Positions 1 through 9,612 of a stretch of DNA of 64,000 nt are shown piece by piece; position 1 is the first letter of the stretch, and each line of letters starts with the position of its first letter. A program made the position numbers and the translations under genes. The DNA lies in IMG/VR virus record IMGVR_UViG_3300046167_000733, positions 32,001-96,000 of that record, one strand, 5' to 3'. The DNA is from a virus. The notes under the pieces were generated by a model. It was given only the letters and a program-made list of their open reading frames with translations, had not been told where the DNA came from and searched no databases.

Positions 1-1
1 T

Positions 2-49
2 TTGACAGGTTTTGCCAACTGGAAAGAAATCTACGAGTACTTAAAATAG
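2..49 (+). CDS. C-terminal fragment of upstream gene, possibly HAD/5'-nucleotidase (T4 30.2-like)
   Basis: Frame 2 reads LTGFANWKEIYEYLK-stop; an NWxEI ending is typical of this family; truncated by window edge. Confidence 0.3.
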   Translation: MTGFANWKEIYEYLK

Positions 50-50
50 T

Positions 51-58
51 TATAAATA
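51..58 (+). promoter_or_regulatory. T4-type late promoter
   Basis: TATAAATA 30 nt upstream of ORF 88, which has an AGGAG RBS. Confidence 0.8.
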
Positions 59-87
59 TCCTTGTAATGTAAACAAGGAGAATAACA

Positions 88-474
88 ATGGCACAACAAA
101 CCGTTGACACACCTACAGGACAAGCAACTGTTGACTTGGAAAAGTACACGGAACTTGTCCTAAAAGTAGATGAAGCACAAGACAAAATAAAAGAGATGGA
201 GTCTCTCTCAAAAGAACTCAAAGTCGCGACAGCAGTAGCAAAACCTGTACAAAAAGGTTTTCTATCTATATTCCGAGACGAAAATAATATCAATGAAAAA
301 TCAATTATTGGTTTCGCATCATTTCTCATGATGGTTGCGTTTGGTGTTGTTGACTTAATAACAGGTCTCGATGGTACACCTCTAGAAATATCTGATACAA
401 TCTATACATCCTTTGTTGTTGTAACACTGGGTTCATTTGGTATTGCTGAAGCAGGAAAAGCATTCGGAAAATAA
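88..474 (+). CDS. membrane protein, candidate holin (N-terminal coiled coil, two C-terminal TM helices)
   Basis: Hydrophobic segments SIIGFASFLMMVAFGVVDLI and IYTSFVVVTLGSFGIA; late promoter; strong RBS. Confidence 0.5.
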   Translation: MAQQTVDTPTGQATVDLEKYTELVLKVDEAQDKIKEMESLSKELKVATAVAKPVQKGFLSIFRDENNINEKSIIGFASFLMMVAFGVVDLITGLDGTPLEISDTIYTSFVVVTLGSFGIAEAGKAFGK

Positions 475-482
475 AATAGTGC

Positions 483-511
483 TTGACTTATGTTGCATAA
501 TGTGATATACT
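483..511 (+). promoter_or_regulatory. sigma70-type early promoter with extended -10
   Basis: TTGACT-17 bp-(TG)nTATACT; preceded by TAGTGC as at 7604 and 13057. Confidence 0.85.
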
Positions 512-543
512 TAAAGTACTCTTTAGGGAAGGTTGGATATACA
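506..543 (+). repeat. 38-bp element, exact inverted copy at 44680-44717
   Basis: TATACTTAAAGTACTCTTTAGGGAAGGTTGGATATACA is identical to the reverse complement of 44680-44717. Confidence 0.95.
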
Positions 544-544
544 C

Positions 545-709
545 ATGAGAACTATCAAAGAAAACATATGGCATTTCGTGTGTTCATCCTGTAAGGGATG
601 GTTTAGCATTGCTACAATGGATGAATGGAAACCTAAGAAACTGTATTGTCCACACTGTGGAGAGCATCACACATCAGAAGTTTATGATAAATGGAAAGAT
701 AGAACATGA
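545..709 (+). CDS. small zinc-ribbon protein (54 aa), not in ORF track
   Basis: MRTIKENIWHFVCSSCKGWFSIATMDEWKPKKLYCPHCGEHH...; two CxxC motifs; ATGA overlap with next gene. Confidence 0.75.
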   Translation: MRTIKENIWHFVCSSCKGWFSIATMDEWKPKKLYCPHCGEHHTSEVYDKWKDRT

Positions 710-1501
710 AAAAAATAAGAAGATTGATATACCAAGTAGCAGTTGGTAAACCGAGTAAGTTATATGAACACTGTATACAATCTGTTGCAGACTACTGTGA
801 CAAATATGATATAGAACATATAGTACTACGTGAACCTAAGTTGCGTATCAAACCAGATGTCTTTACAGATTATCGTAGTAAGGAATCCTATGAGAAACAC
901 GGAGGGTATCTTCCTATCTATGAGAAAGAGAATGCCTTTGACCTGATTGATAACTATGACCAGATTGGTATCATAGATGCTGACATTTATATAAGACCTG
1001 ACTCACCCAATATATTTACTGAGTTTGGACATGATTGTGCATGGGGTTCAGTAAGTGAACGTGAGATGGATATCAATGATAACTATGTAAGGAAGATACA
1101 AAACTATTCTCATATGCAGTATGCAAGTTTGCATGGTAGACTATGTGACTTTCGACCTAAACAAGAGAGGTTATGAGTTCTTCAATATGGGTATGATACT
1201 TATTAATTGTCAACTCTTCAAACCTTATCTCAAAGGACAGAACGCAAATGACTTTCTAATGAGAGCAGAGTTCAAAGACTTTGTTGATGGTAAGGGTGGT
1301 TGGAAGTGGAGTACAGACCAAACACTCCTGAACTATTTCCTGAAGAGATACAAGATACCTACTAAACATATGGATGGTAAATGGAATGGTCTGTATACCG
1401 CAGTCAATAATATAAAGGATTGTCACTTTGTTCATTTCTTCCTAAAAGATAAACTACCATCTAGTGGAGAGAATATAGAGGAGTTGATGAAAACGATATG
1501 A
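706..1501 (+). CDS. GT-A fold glycosyltransferase (GT8/GT34-like); one apparent +1 error near 1150
   Basis: IIDADIYI DxD motif, FFNMGMILIN, DQTLLN, WNGL, FVHF; ORFs 706 and 1121 join if one T is removed from GAC TTT C GAC. Confidence 0.8.
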
Positions 1502-2196
1502 AGTTATTTATTCACATACCAAAAAATGGTGGAATGACAATCCGTAAGATTGATGGAATACAAAATAAAGTTATGTTCTGTTCTCACGGTAATCACATCA
1601 GTATGGATTATACCAAAAGACTTGAAGGAAAGATGCATTCTACTAATGACCACCAAGGGTATGAACATGCCCGTTGGAGAGATTGGAGAAAGGATTTACG
1701 AGAACAATATAAAGCATTTGCAATCGTAAGAAATCCTTGGGACAGAGTTGTATCACGATATCTCTTTGCAAAGAAACTAATATTACACGAAGGAACTCAA
1801 CCACCTTCATATGCAGATATATCTTCATTCGAAGCATTTCTTGAGGAGAGACATAAGTGGGGTGATGAAGAGTTTATGTGGCATCGTGCAGTAAGAGGTT
1901 GGTATCCTACCTTTGACCACGTAAGTGATGAGAAGGGTGAGAAAGTAAAGTGCGACATACTAAGGTTCGAACACTATAACGAAGATACAAAATTGTATCT
2001 AGGATTGTTACAAAATCCTAATCCAAGAAATATCACTAGAGTTGCTCATGATAATGGTAGAACAGGATACGGCACATCTTATAAGGATATATACACTAAA
2101 GAGACAATACAGATTATAGCAGATTGGTATAAGAAAGACATCGACTATTGGGGATTTGACTTCGATACGAGCGCAACACGGAACTATTGGAAATGA
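1498..2196 (+). CDS. sulfotransferase (Sulfotransfer_2-like, carbohydrate sulfotransferase)
   Basis: 5'-PSB-like FIHIPKNGGMTI, 3'-PB-like AIVRNPWDRVVSRY, C-terminal YKKDIDYWGF. Confidence 0.85.
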   Translation: MKLFIHIPKNGGMTIRKIDGIQNKVMFCSHGNHISMDYTKRLEGKMHSTNDHQGYEHARWRDWRKDLREQYKAFAIVRNPWDRVVSRYLFAKKLILHEGTQPPSYADISSFEAFLEERHKWGDEEFMWHRAVRGWYPTFDHVSDEKGEKVKCDILRFEHYNEDTKLYLGLLQNPNPRNITRVAHDNGRTGYGTSYKDIYTKETIQIIADWYKKDIDYWGFDFDTSATRNYWK

Positions 2197-2822
2197 GTAA
2201 TTTAAGAGATTTATTTGATAAGTATAACTGCGATAAGGGTACAGAGAAACATCATTACTATAAAGAGTATGAACCTTATTTTGAAAACAAGCGAAACGAA
2301 CCTGTAAACATACTTGAGATAGGAACATTGGCAGGAGCATCTACTGCGGCATTCTCAGAATATTTTGGTGATAAAGGAACTGTCTATACAATAGATACCT
2401 TTGAACGCATTCACCCAAGAGACATACCGATACTTGAAAAGGATAATGTAAAGTGGTTGAGAGGAAACTCAATGGATGCATCTCTTCCCAACATTATTAA
2501 GAATACTTGGGGAAAGCATATAAAGTTTGATTTCATTATAGATGATGGTGCACATTACCCTGAAGCAAATAGATTGACCTTTGAAAACTGCTATCCCTTT
2601 CTAAAAAAGAATGGTACTTATTTTATTGAAGATTTCTATCCTATGCATATTATGACAAAACAACAACTTGGTCACTATTGGTTACAGAAACACCCTGATA
2701 GATTCAATATATTAAAACATAATAGATTCATGAATGACCTTGACAATTACAACTATGTGTGTTATGATAGAAGGAAAGAAACTGGTAATTGGGATACCTT
2801 TGTTGTGGCAGTAACAAAATGA
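2193..2822 (+). CDS. class I SAM-dependent methyltransferase, sugar O-methyltransferase-like
   Basis: DKGTEKHHY, ILEIGT, FDFIIDDGAH, LKKNGTYFIED motifs. Confidence 0.8.
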   Translation: MSNLRDLFDKYNCDKGTEKHHYYKEYEPYFENKRNEPVNILEIGTLAGASTAAFSEYFGDKGTVYTIDTFERIHPRDIPILEKDNVKWLRGNSMDASLPNIIKNTWGKHIKFDFIIDDGAHYPEANRLTFENCYPFLKKNGTYFIEDFYPMHIMTKQQLGHYWLQKHPDRFNILKHNRFMNDLDNYNYVCYDRRKETGNWDTFVVAVTK

Positions 2823-4166
2823 TTAAACTTATATTATTTGACTTAGATGGTGTATTGATTGACACCAAGAATATTCACTTCATTGCATTGAACAAGGCAT
2901 TGGGAGGAGAGTTCGCAATAACAGAAGAAGAACATCTCTCTCATTATGATGGATTGAAAACAACACAGAAACTTGACCTGTTGACAAAACATAAAGGGTT
3001 GCCTGTTTCTTTACATGAGAGTATCAGTGTGGAGAAACAAAAATACACACGAGACTTACTCACAACACTGAGACCTGTAGAAGAGATACAAAAACTATTT
3101 CAAGAGTTAGAGGACAAGGGATATACTATCGGTGTATGCTCTAATGCTATTCGTAGGACAGTACTGACATCTCTTGCGAAGGTAAAACTTCTGCAACACT
3201 GTTCACTTGTATTGTCTAACGAAGATGTTGTGAACGGTAAACCTCACCCTGAGATGTATTGGAAAGCAATGTCTATGATGAAGGTTATTCCTGAAGAGAC
3301 AGTGATTGTAGAAGATAGTCCATATGGATTGCTTGCGGCACAAAGGTCTGGTGCAAAACATATTCCGTGTAGATAATCCTAGTGATGTGACACGAGAGAA
3401 GATATTTGCGAACCTTACAAGTACACCTATGACTCGTAAATGGAAGAACGAGAAACTCAATGTTCTGATTCCAATGGCAGGTGCAGGAAGTCGTTTCTCA
3501 GAGGCAGGATATACATTCCCGAAACCCCTGATTGATGTAAACGGCAAACCTATGATACAGACTGTAGTAGAGAACCTTGGTCTTGATGCGAAGTATCACT
3601 TTGTAGTTCAGAAAGAACATCGCGAGAAATATAATCTTGATTCTATGTTGAACCTTATCTCCCCTGATTGTAATGTGATTGAAGTAGATGGTATTACAGA
3701 GGGTGCGGCATGTACTGCACTCCTCGCAAAAGAATATATTGATAATGATTATCCTCTTTTCTTTGCCAACTCAGACCAATTTGTTGAATGGGATGTAATG
3801 GAGTTCATGTATTCAATGAACGAGAAGAACGCAGACGGAGGTATCGTTACCTTTGAAGCAACTCACCCTAAGTGGAGTTACGCAAAGATAGATGAACGCG
3901 GTTGTGTTACTGAAGTTGCAGAGAAGAACCCTATCAGTAACAATGCTACTGTAGGATATTACTATTGGAAAAATGGTAAGGACTTCGTGAAGTATGCAGA
4001 ACAAATGATTGAACGCGATATACGAGTAAACAATGAGTTCTATGTTTGTCCAGTATTCAATCAAGCAATAGAGGACAACAAAAAAATATACACTCATACT
4101 GCCGATAAGATGTGGGGACTTGGTACACCCGAAGACCTGAGATACTTTTTGGACAAACACAAATGA
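2819..4166 (+). CDS. HAD phosphatase fused to sugar-nucleotidyltransferase; apparent +1 error near 3357
   Basis: LFDLDGVLID, KPHPE and VEDS (HAD), then LIPMAGAGSRF..PKPLI (NTP_transferase); ORFs 2789 and 3324 join by removing one base. Confidence 0.8.
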
Positions 4167-4948
4167 AACTCGCGGTCTGTATAAGTGGTGCGATGGGTAA
4201 GTCTAAAAGATTGAGAGACAATCTAAAGATAAACCAAGACATAATAAGGAAGGCAACCTATCCTTACTTTGAAGTTGATTACTTCCTTGCGACGTGGGAA
4301 AATACAATCAACACTACTCTTGAACCTAACTTTATATATGAAACACCCGAAATGCATTACCATCCTGTAATGGATACCGAACCGTTTCCAACATACAAAC
4401 ACACAAACTATAAGTCAGTGGTTGTAGGTGATGACCCTGTTCATCATTCTCTCAAAGAGAAGACACTACACCGAACAAAACAAATTCTCATTCATAACTA
4501 TCTCATAGAAGAGATTGAACACGATGGATATGATATGGTGATTCGTCTGAGATATGATTCTGTATTGAGTGACAAGATAGATTGGAAAGAACTCATAATG
4601 AAATCTTATTGGTCAAAGAAAGCAATGGGATTTGCGATACGATATAAGAGGTGGACTGATGCTCACAGACTATACGATATTCCACACATATATAATCCTA
4701 AAGACAAAGTACCAAATAATGAAGGAGAAAAGGGTTCACAGGATTGGAACTATTCTATAAATGACCATATGATTATTCATCCAATGTCATTGTGGAGCAC
4801 AAAAAGAGTACACGAGTTACACGAGAATAAAAAGTTACAAGTAGCAGAATGGGGTTGGTATCAAGTTTTGAGTCAACCTTACGGAGACAATCATCATTCT
4901 TATTATGGTGGTGTCACATTAGAAAGACATTTTAAGTATACGATATGA
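4163..4948 (+). CDS. putative glycosyltransferase
   Basis: N-terminal KLAVCISG, YDMVIRLRYD and NDH motifs of GT-like proteins seen in viral glycan clusters; ATGA-coupled. Confidence 0.55.
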   Translation: MKLAVCISGAMGKSKRLRDNLKINQDIIRKATYPYFEVDYFLATWENTINTTLEPNFIYETPEMHYHPVMDTEPFPTYKHTNYKSVVVGDDPVHHSLKEKTLHRTKQILIHNYLIEEIEHDGYDMVIRLRYDSVLSDKIDWKELIMKSYWSKKAMGFAIRYKRWTDAHRLYDIPHIYNPKDKVPNNEGEKGSQDWNYSINDHMIIHPMSLWSTKRVHELHENKKLQVAEWGWYQVLSQPYGDNHHSYYGGVTLERHFKYTI

Positions 4949-5661
4949 TAAAAGGTTACATCATAACACTTGACAACAATCAACCTAGTGTTGAAGCATG
5001 TCATAAATGTATCGGTTCAATCCGTAGTACAAAGAGTGAGATAGACCCTTCTGTATTTGTTGCGACTGTCCCACGACAAATTAAAAGACATCTTGAAGAG
5101 ATTGATATGGGTAACTGTGAATGGACTTACCCTGTCACAAAAGAAGAAGATGGACTTGATATTTTGTCGGGATTATACCTGAGACATTATCCTACCGCAA
5201 ATAATAATAATCGTGTTGCTTGTGCAGTCTCTCATATGCGACTATGGCATAAATGTTCTATAGGTAAGAAACCTATTATCATACTTGAACACGACGCAAT
5301 CTTTACAAGGAAGTTTGTGTTTGAACCTTTGGAAGAAGAGTTCAAGGGAGGGATACTCGGATTGAATGACCCACGAGGTGCAACAAGACGAAGTAATGTA
5401 TTCCATAATGTTGCGAGTTCTAAGATGGGGTTACAACCTGTACCGACAGTAGATGACATGGAAGTCCCACAAGGTCTTGCAGGAAACTCTGCATATCTTA
5501 TCACACCAAAGGGTGCTAAGAAACTACTAGATAAAGTAAGAGAAGTTGGAATATGGGCAAACGATGCTCTTATGTGTAAACAGTTTTTCCCTTGGATGCA
5601 AATAGTGTATCCATACTATACAACAATACAAAGAGGATTGAAATCAACAACTACATCATGA
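4945..5661 (+). CDS. glycosyltransferase family 25
   Basis: GYIITL, ACAVSHMRLW, IILEHDA, GNSAYLITPKGAKKLL. Confidence 0.85.
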   Translation: MIKGYIITLDNNQPSVEACHKCIGSIRSTKSEIDPSVFVATVPRQIKRHLEEIDMGNCEWTYPVTKEEDGLDILSGLYLRHYPTANNNNRVACAVSHMRLWHKCSIGKKPIIILEHDAIFTRKFVFEPLEEEFKGGILGLNDPRGATRRSNVFHNVASSKMGLQPVPTVDDMEVPQGLAGNSAYLITPKGAKKLLDKVREVGIWANDALMCKQFFPWMQIVYPYYTTIQRGLKSTTTS

Positions 5662-6311
5662 CAAAAGCATATGTAATAACAATATTAGAGAATGAAAAGT
5701 CTGTCAAGGTTGCTAACAGATGTATAAGTTCCGCAAAGGTTCAAGGGTTGGAGGTGGAGAAGTTTCCTGCGATTACTCCAAAAGATGACCCCATAAAACT
5801 CTTACAGGATAAAGGCATTGACCCAAATGTATTTGATGAAGTCTACTCACGTAATCTAAATTGTATTGCCGCGTTTCTGTCACACTATTCTCTCTGGGAG
5901 AAGTGCGCAAAGGGTAATGAAAACTTTGTTATATTCGAACACGATGCCTTTGTATTTTCACCTGTTCCTGTCAACGCAAACTTTACATATGTAATGAATA
6001 TAGGTCAACCCTCTTATGGTAGTTATGCAACACCATCTGTATTAGGAATCAATCCCCTGACCACAAAGAGATACTTTGGTGGGGCACACGCATATATGGT
6101 AACTCCTACAGGGGCAAAACTACTTGTAGAGAATGCACCTTTACACGCACGACCTACTGATATCTATATGAACCTTGCAACGTTTCCTTGGTTACAAGAA
6201 TACTATCCCTTTGTTGCTGATGCAAGAGATAGTTTCACTACGATACAAGTAGAACGAGGGTGTACCGCGAAACATAACTACAGAGATGGATATGAGATAA
6301 TCGATGCGTGA
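5658..6311 (+). CDS. glycosyltransferase family 25 (second paralogue)
   Basis: AYVITI, AFLSHYSLW, IFEHDA, GAHAYMVTPTGAKLL, PTD. Confidence 0.85.
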   Translation: MTKAYVITILENEKSVKVANRCISSAKVQGLEVEKFPAITPKDDPIKLLQDKGIDPNVFDEVYSRNLNCIAAFLSHYSLWEKCAKGNENFVIFEHDAFVFSPVPVNANFTYVMNIGQPSYGSYATPSVLGINPLTTKRYFGGAHAYMVTPTGAKLLVENAPLHARPTDIYMNLATFPWLQEYYPFVADARDSFTTIQVERGCTAKHNYRDGYEIIDA

Positions 6312-6952
6312 GGTATTTTTAACAGGATGTGATAAAAAAACTGAGTGGCAACTCCCTTGGTTTATAAATAACTTTAATAGGTTTGTTCCTAGCGGAGACC
6401 TAGTGATTGCTGACTTTGGTATGAGTGAAGAGATGTTGAGTCATATCTCAATGTTTGAAGTGATACCTATACAGTCTGGAGAGAAGGGTTGGTTCAAGAA
6501 ACCTCGTGCTATGCTTGCCGCATCTTCTCTACCTAAAGTAAAGAAAGGTATGTTGGTTAGATACTGACTGTGAGATTGCAGGACGTGTTGACCATATATT
6601 TGATTTGAGTGAACCGCATAAACTAGGAATGGTAGAAGACAGACCTTGGACGGCACGAAGAAATGAACTTGGTAAATGGTATAATAGTGGTGTTGTTTTG
6701 ATAGAAGGAACACCCAAGATACTGAAGGATTGGGCAAACGAATGTTTATCTAACCCTGTTCAAGGTGACCAAGAAGTATTGTATCTTATGATGGGAGGAG
6801 ATGAGATAAAGAAACTATCCTTTATCAATCCTTTGCCTCACACATACAATACTTTAAGATTAGACTATATAGATAATATCGCAGTAGAAAACCCAAGAAT
6901 AATTCATCATACTGGTGAGAAGGGAAATCAAGTAATAAGGAAACAGTTATGA
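6304..6952 (+). CDS. GT-A fold glycosyltransferase; apparent +1 error near 6545
   Basis: Removing one A restores VCWLDTDCE (DxD), followed by YNSGVV, GDQEVL, YN and IIHHTG. Confidence 0.75.
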
Positions 6953-7158
6953 AGAACGCACATTTGATAAACGCATTAATAAAGAAACTAGAGGGTGAGA
7001 TTGCAGTTGCAGAAGCAAATGTAAGTGTCTACCTACAGAACCCTGCAGGTATTGGAGAACATTCTGATATCGTGGAATCTATCGAAACAGAAATCGGTAA
7101 GATGGCAGAAGCACAAGATAAGATAGAGGCATGTCAACGAGTACTCTCTAATGTATGA
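6949..7158 (+). CDS. conserved small T4-like phage protein (coiled coil)
   Basis: NPAGIGEHSDIVE motif; translationally coupled. Confidence 0.65.
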   Translation: MKNAHLINALIKKLEGEIAVAEANVSVYLQNPAGIGEHSDIVESIETEIGKMAEAQDKIEACQRVLSNV

Positions 7159-7600
7159 GTACAAATGTAAGATAGTCAAAATCATTGACGGTGACACTGT
7201 TGATGTTGACATTGACTTAGGGTTTGGTATGTGGGTACATAAAGAACGTATTCGTTTATTTGGTATCGATACCCCTGAGTCACGTACAAGAGACTTAGAA
7301 GAAAAACACTTTGGTCTCAAAGCAAAACAATTTCTTACCGATATGCTAAATGACCCCAAGGGTATTAAACTTGTTACCAAGAAAGATGGCAAGGGTAAGT
7401 ACGGACGCATACTGGGCGAACTCTGGAGATGCGGCAACTTCGGTGACCAATCCATAAATGATTATATGATTGAGAAGGGGCATGCCGCCGCATACTTTGG
7501 TCAATCAAAAGAACTGATTGCAGAGAAACATATAGAGAATAGACTGAAGGTTGACCCTGAGTGGAACCCTGATACCTTTGTGTTTGGTGAAACAAAATAG
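7151..7600 (+). CDS. thermonuclease (SNase-like)
   Basis: IIDGDTVDVDIDLGF, IRLFGIDTPE, GKYGRILG. Confidence 0.9.
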   Translation: MYEYKCKIVKIIDGDTVDVDIDLGFGMWVHKERIRLFGIDTPESRTRDLEEKHFGLKAKQFLTDMLNDPKGIKLVTKKDGKGKYGRILGELWRCGNFGDQSINDYMIEKGHAAAYFGQSKELIAEKHIENRLKVDPEWNPDTFVFGETK

Positions 7601-7603
7601 TGC

Positions 7604-7632
7604 TTGACTTATAACACAAAATAGTATATAAT
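7604..7632 (+). promoter_or_regulatory. sigma70-type early promoter, probably giving a leaderless mRNA
   Basis: TTGACT-17-TATAAT; ATG at 7639 is 7 nt after the -10 box, no RBS. Confidence 0.8.
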
Positions 7633-7638
7633 GGTAAT

Positions 7639-8268
7639 ATGACAAAACGTGTAAACATACTTGGTAATGGTGATAGTGCAGGAATGTTCAAGAGAGGAAC
7701 CCCTGGGAAACTTCTTGTCTGCAATATGCCTCCGTTTGAGATTACACGTCAAGAAGTACACGCAACTTGTATGGTCGATTTCAAGATGATGAAGTCTCTT
7801 CAAGCAGGTCATCTTCAACTTGATATGTATGATTGGGTATTGGGTACTCGCCCAAAGATATGGATGGAACAACAAGGTTCTTTCTATTTGAGATACTCAC
7901 ATCTTGTAAGAGGTTTTTATACTCACATACCTGAGTATGTTACTGAGATTGCAGGAAGTCCACAACAGGCGGCAACCAACTTCAACTGTGGTCATTTGGC
8001 AACACACTATGCCTGTAATAAAATGAAAGCAGAAGAAGTTCATCTCTATGGGTTTGATAGTATCTTTGATATGAATCTAAATAGTTTCACTGACTTGTTA
8101 TTAGAGTCAGACCGAAGTACAGGGAACACAGTCAGATTGAATAATTGGTGGAGACCTATCTGGGAAAATATGTTTAAAGAGTTCCCTAATACTAAGTTTG
8201 TTCTTCATCATATACACCCTAACATAAAGATTAGGTTGCCTGAGAACTGCAGTATAGAAGTTAAATAA
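7639..8268 (+). CDS. Maf/GT29 (sialyltransferase-like fold) putative glycosyltransferase
   Basis: VNILGNGDS near the N-terminus, VCN, and EVHLYGFD. Confidence 0.5.
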   Translation: MTKRVNILGNGDSAGMFKRGTPGKLLVCNMPPFEITRQEVHATCMVDFKMMKSLQAGHLQLDMYDWVLGTRPKIWMEQQGSFYLRYSHLVRGFYTHIPEYVTEIAGSPQQAATNFNCGHLATHYACNKMKAEEVHLYGFDSIFDMNLNSFTDLLLESDRSTGNTVRLNNWWRPIWENMFKEFPNTKFVLHHIHPNIKIRLPENCSIEVK

Positions 8269-8270
8269 CT

Positions 8271-8278
8271 TATAAATA
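8271..8278 (+). promoter_or_regulatory. T4-type late promoter
   Basis: TATAAATA upstream of 8307 (AAGGAG RBS). Confidence 0.75.
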
Positions 8279-8306
8279 AATATATTACTAGTAAAGGAGT
8301 AAAAAC

Positions 8307-8507
8307 ATGGAAAAACTAAAAAGTTTAGGAATGAAAATCGGTGCGAAGGTAGATGCCTTACGCGCAACAAGAAAAGGTTTATGGGTCGGTCTAGGACTTG
8401 GCATACTTAACCTTGTAGTAGGTATACCGTCTGGTAATGTTGTTATGATGGTTACAGGTGGATTATTGATTATTGTGGATGGATATGACCTATGGAAGGC
8501 AAAGTAA
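8307..8507 (+). CDS. small two-TM membrane protein
   Basis: Basic N-terminus then two hydrophobic helices; strong RBS. Confidence 0.7.
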   Translation: MEKLKSLGMKIGAKVDALRATRKGLWVGLGLGILNLVVGIPSGNVVMMVTGGLLIIVDGYDLWKAK

Positions 8508-8719
8508 ATAAATCTAGAGCAGTCTTTGCACCAGAGGATTATCCTGTGATACGCAAAGCACTTCAAATATATTTACATACCGAGAAGAGTGCCCACGAAA
8601 GTCGGATACTCTCTCGGTTACTACATCGATTACATCGTGTAGAGTATGAACACGAAAAGAATAAAAAGAATCAAAATACAGATTATGAACTATTTAACAG
8701 CGAAATGAACAAAAGGTGA
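8492..8719 (+). CDS. hypothetical protein
   Basis: Open frame filling the gap between neighbours; start uncertain. Confidence 0.5.
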   Translation: MEGKVNKSRAVFAPEDYPVIRKALQIYLHTEKSAHESRILSRLLHRLHRVEYEHEKNKKNQNTDYELFNSEMNKR

Positions 8720-8722
8720 AAA

Positions 8723-8899
8723 ATGACTAACGAACGATATTATGACTATATGAGAAAAAGAATTATTGAAGAGAGAAGATTAAGAGATGGCGAGGGTCAA
8801 CCCACCATCAGAAATCTTGAGAGTAGAATATCTCGTCTCGAAAGACGCATAGAGTTTTTAGAAGATAAAGACTTCGAAAGATACACAGAGAATAATTAG
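8723..8899 (+). CDS. hypothetical 58-aa coiled-coil protein, not in ORF track
   Basis: MTNERYYDYMRKRII...LESRISRLERRIEFLEDK; AGGTG RBS. Confidence 0.6.
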   Translation: MTNERYYDYMRKRIIEERRLRDGEGQPTIRNLESRISRLERRIEFLEDKDFERYTENN

Positions 8900-8901
8900 A
8901 C

Positions 8902-9612
8902 TTACTTAACGGGAGTTCTTTTGAATGAAGTAATACCCTTTTTCTTCATCTCTGCTTTCTTCCAATTTTTGTAGATAGCAGTTGTTGGTTCTTTGTTTAT
9001 CCAAGGTTTAAGTTTCTGCATCGCTTTATTGCATTGAGCAGTTAGGTCTTCTATTGTTGTTGTAGTTGCATTCTCTATCTCAATAAACTGTTTACCAAAC
9101 ATTCTCTTGAAATCATTACGATTTGCCTGAACTCTTTTCCAAGTCTGCGTGACTAACTTTGGTCCAATGGTTCTTTTCCTATTCTTATCTCTTTCAATAG
9201 AAGTCTCAAGTGGGGTGTTGACAAAAATCATACCAACCTCATAACCCATGTCCATCATTGCTTGACACTCTTCTTTCACATCGTCAAGGTCTTTACCTGT
9301 ACCGTCAACTATGAGACCTAATCTACCCTTCAACCATTGTTCCTTTTGTTTATCAGTAAGTATCTTTGCATCTCCACGGATTGCTTGACCCTGTGCTGAC
9401 GCAATATCATCGGGCGTCAATGTAAGTCCTGCCTTTGCGAGCATTCTTTCATAATTGGGGTCACTATTTGATACCTTCATTCCATACGCTCTTAAACCTG
9501 CCAGTGCTATGACAAAACTTTTACCTGACCCTGCGCCACCTGCCATCATGATTGCCTTGAAAGAAGCAGTGTCTTCCAAACCTTCTGATATAAAACTTTT
9601 AAAATCTAACAT
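8902..9612 (-). CDS. P-loop kinase (zeta-toxin/AAA_33-like) with possible capsid-targeting N-terminus
   Basis: GGAGSGKS Walker A, LIVDGT, IFVNTPLETSIERDKNR; N-terminus MLDFKSFISE. Confidence 0.75.
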   Translation of the reverse strand: MLDFKSFISEGLEDTASFKAIMMAGGAGSGKSFVIALAGLRAYGMKVSNSDPNYERMLAKAGLTLTPDDIASAQGQAIRGDAKILTDKQKEQWLKGRLGLIVDGTGKDLDDVKEECQAMMDMGYEVGMIFVNTPLETSIERDKNRKRTIGPKLVTQTWKRVQANRNDFKRMFGKQFIEIENATTTTIEDLTAQCNKAMQKLKPWINKEPTTAIYKNWKKAEMKKKGITSFKRTPVK

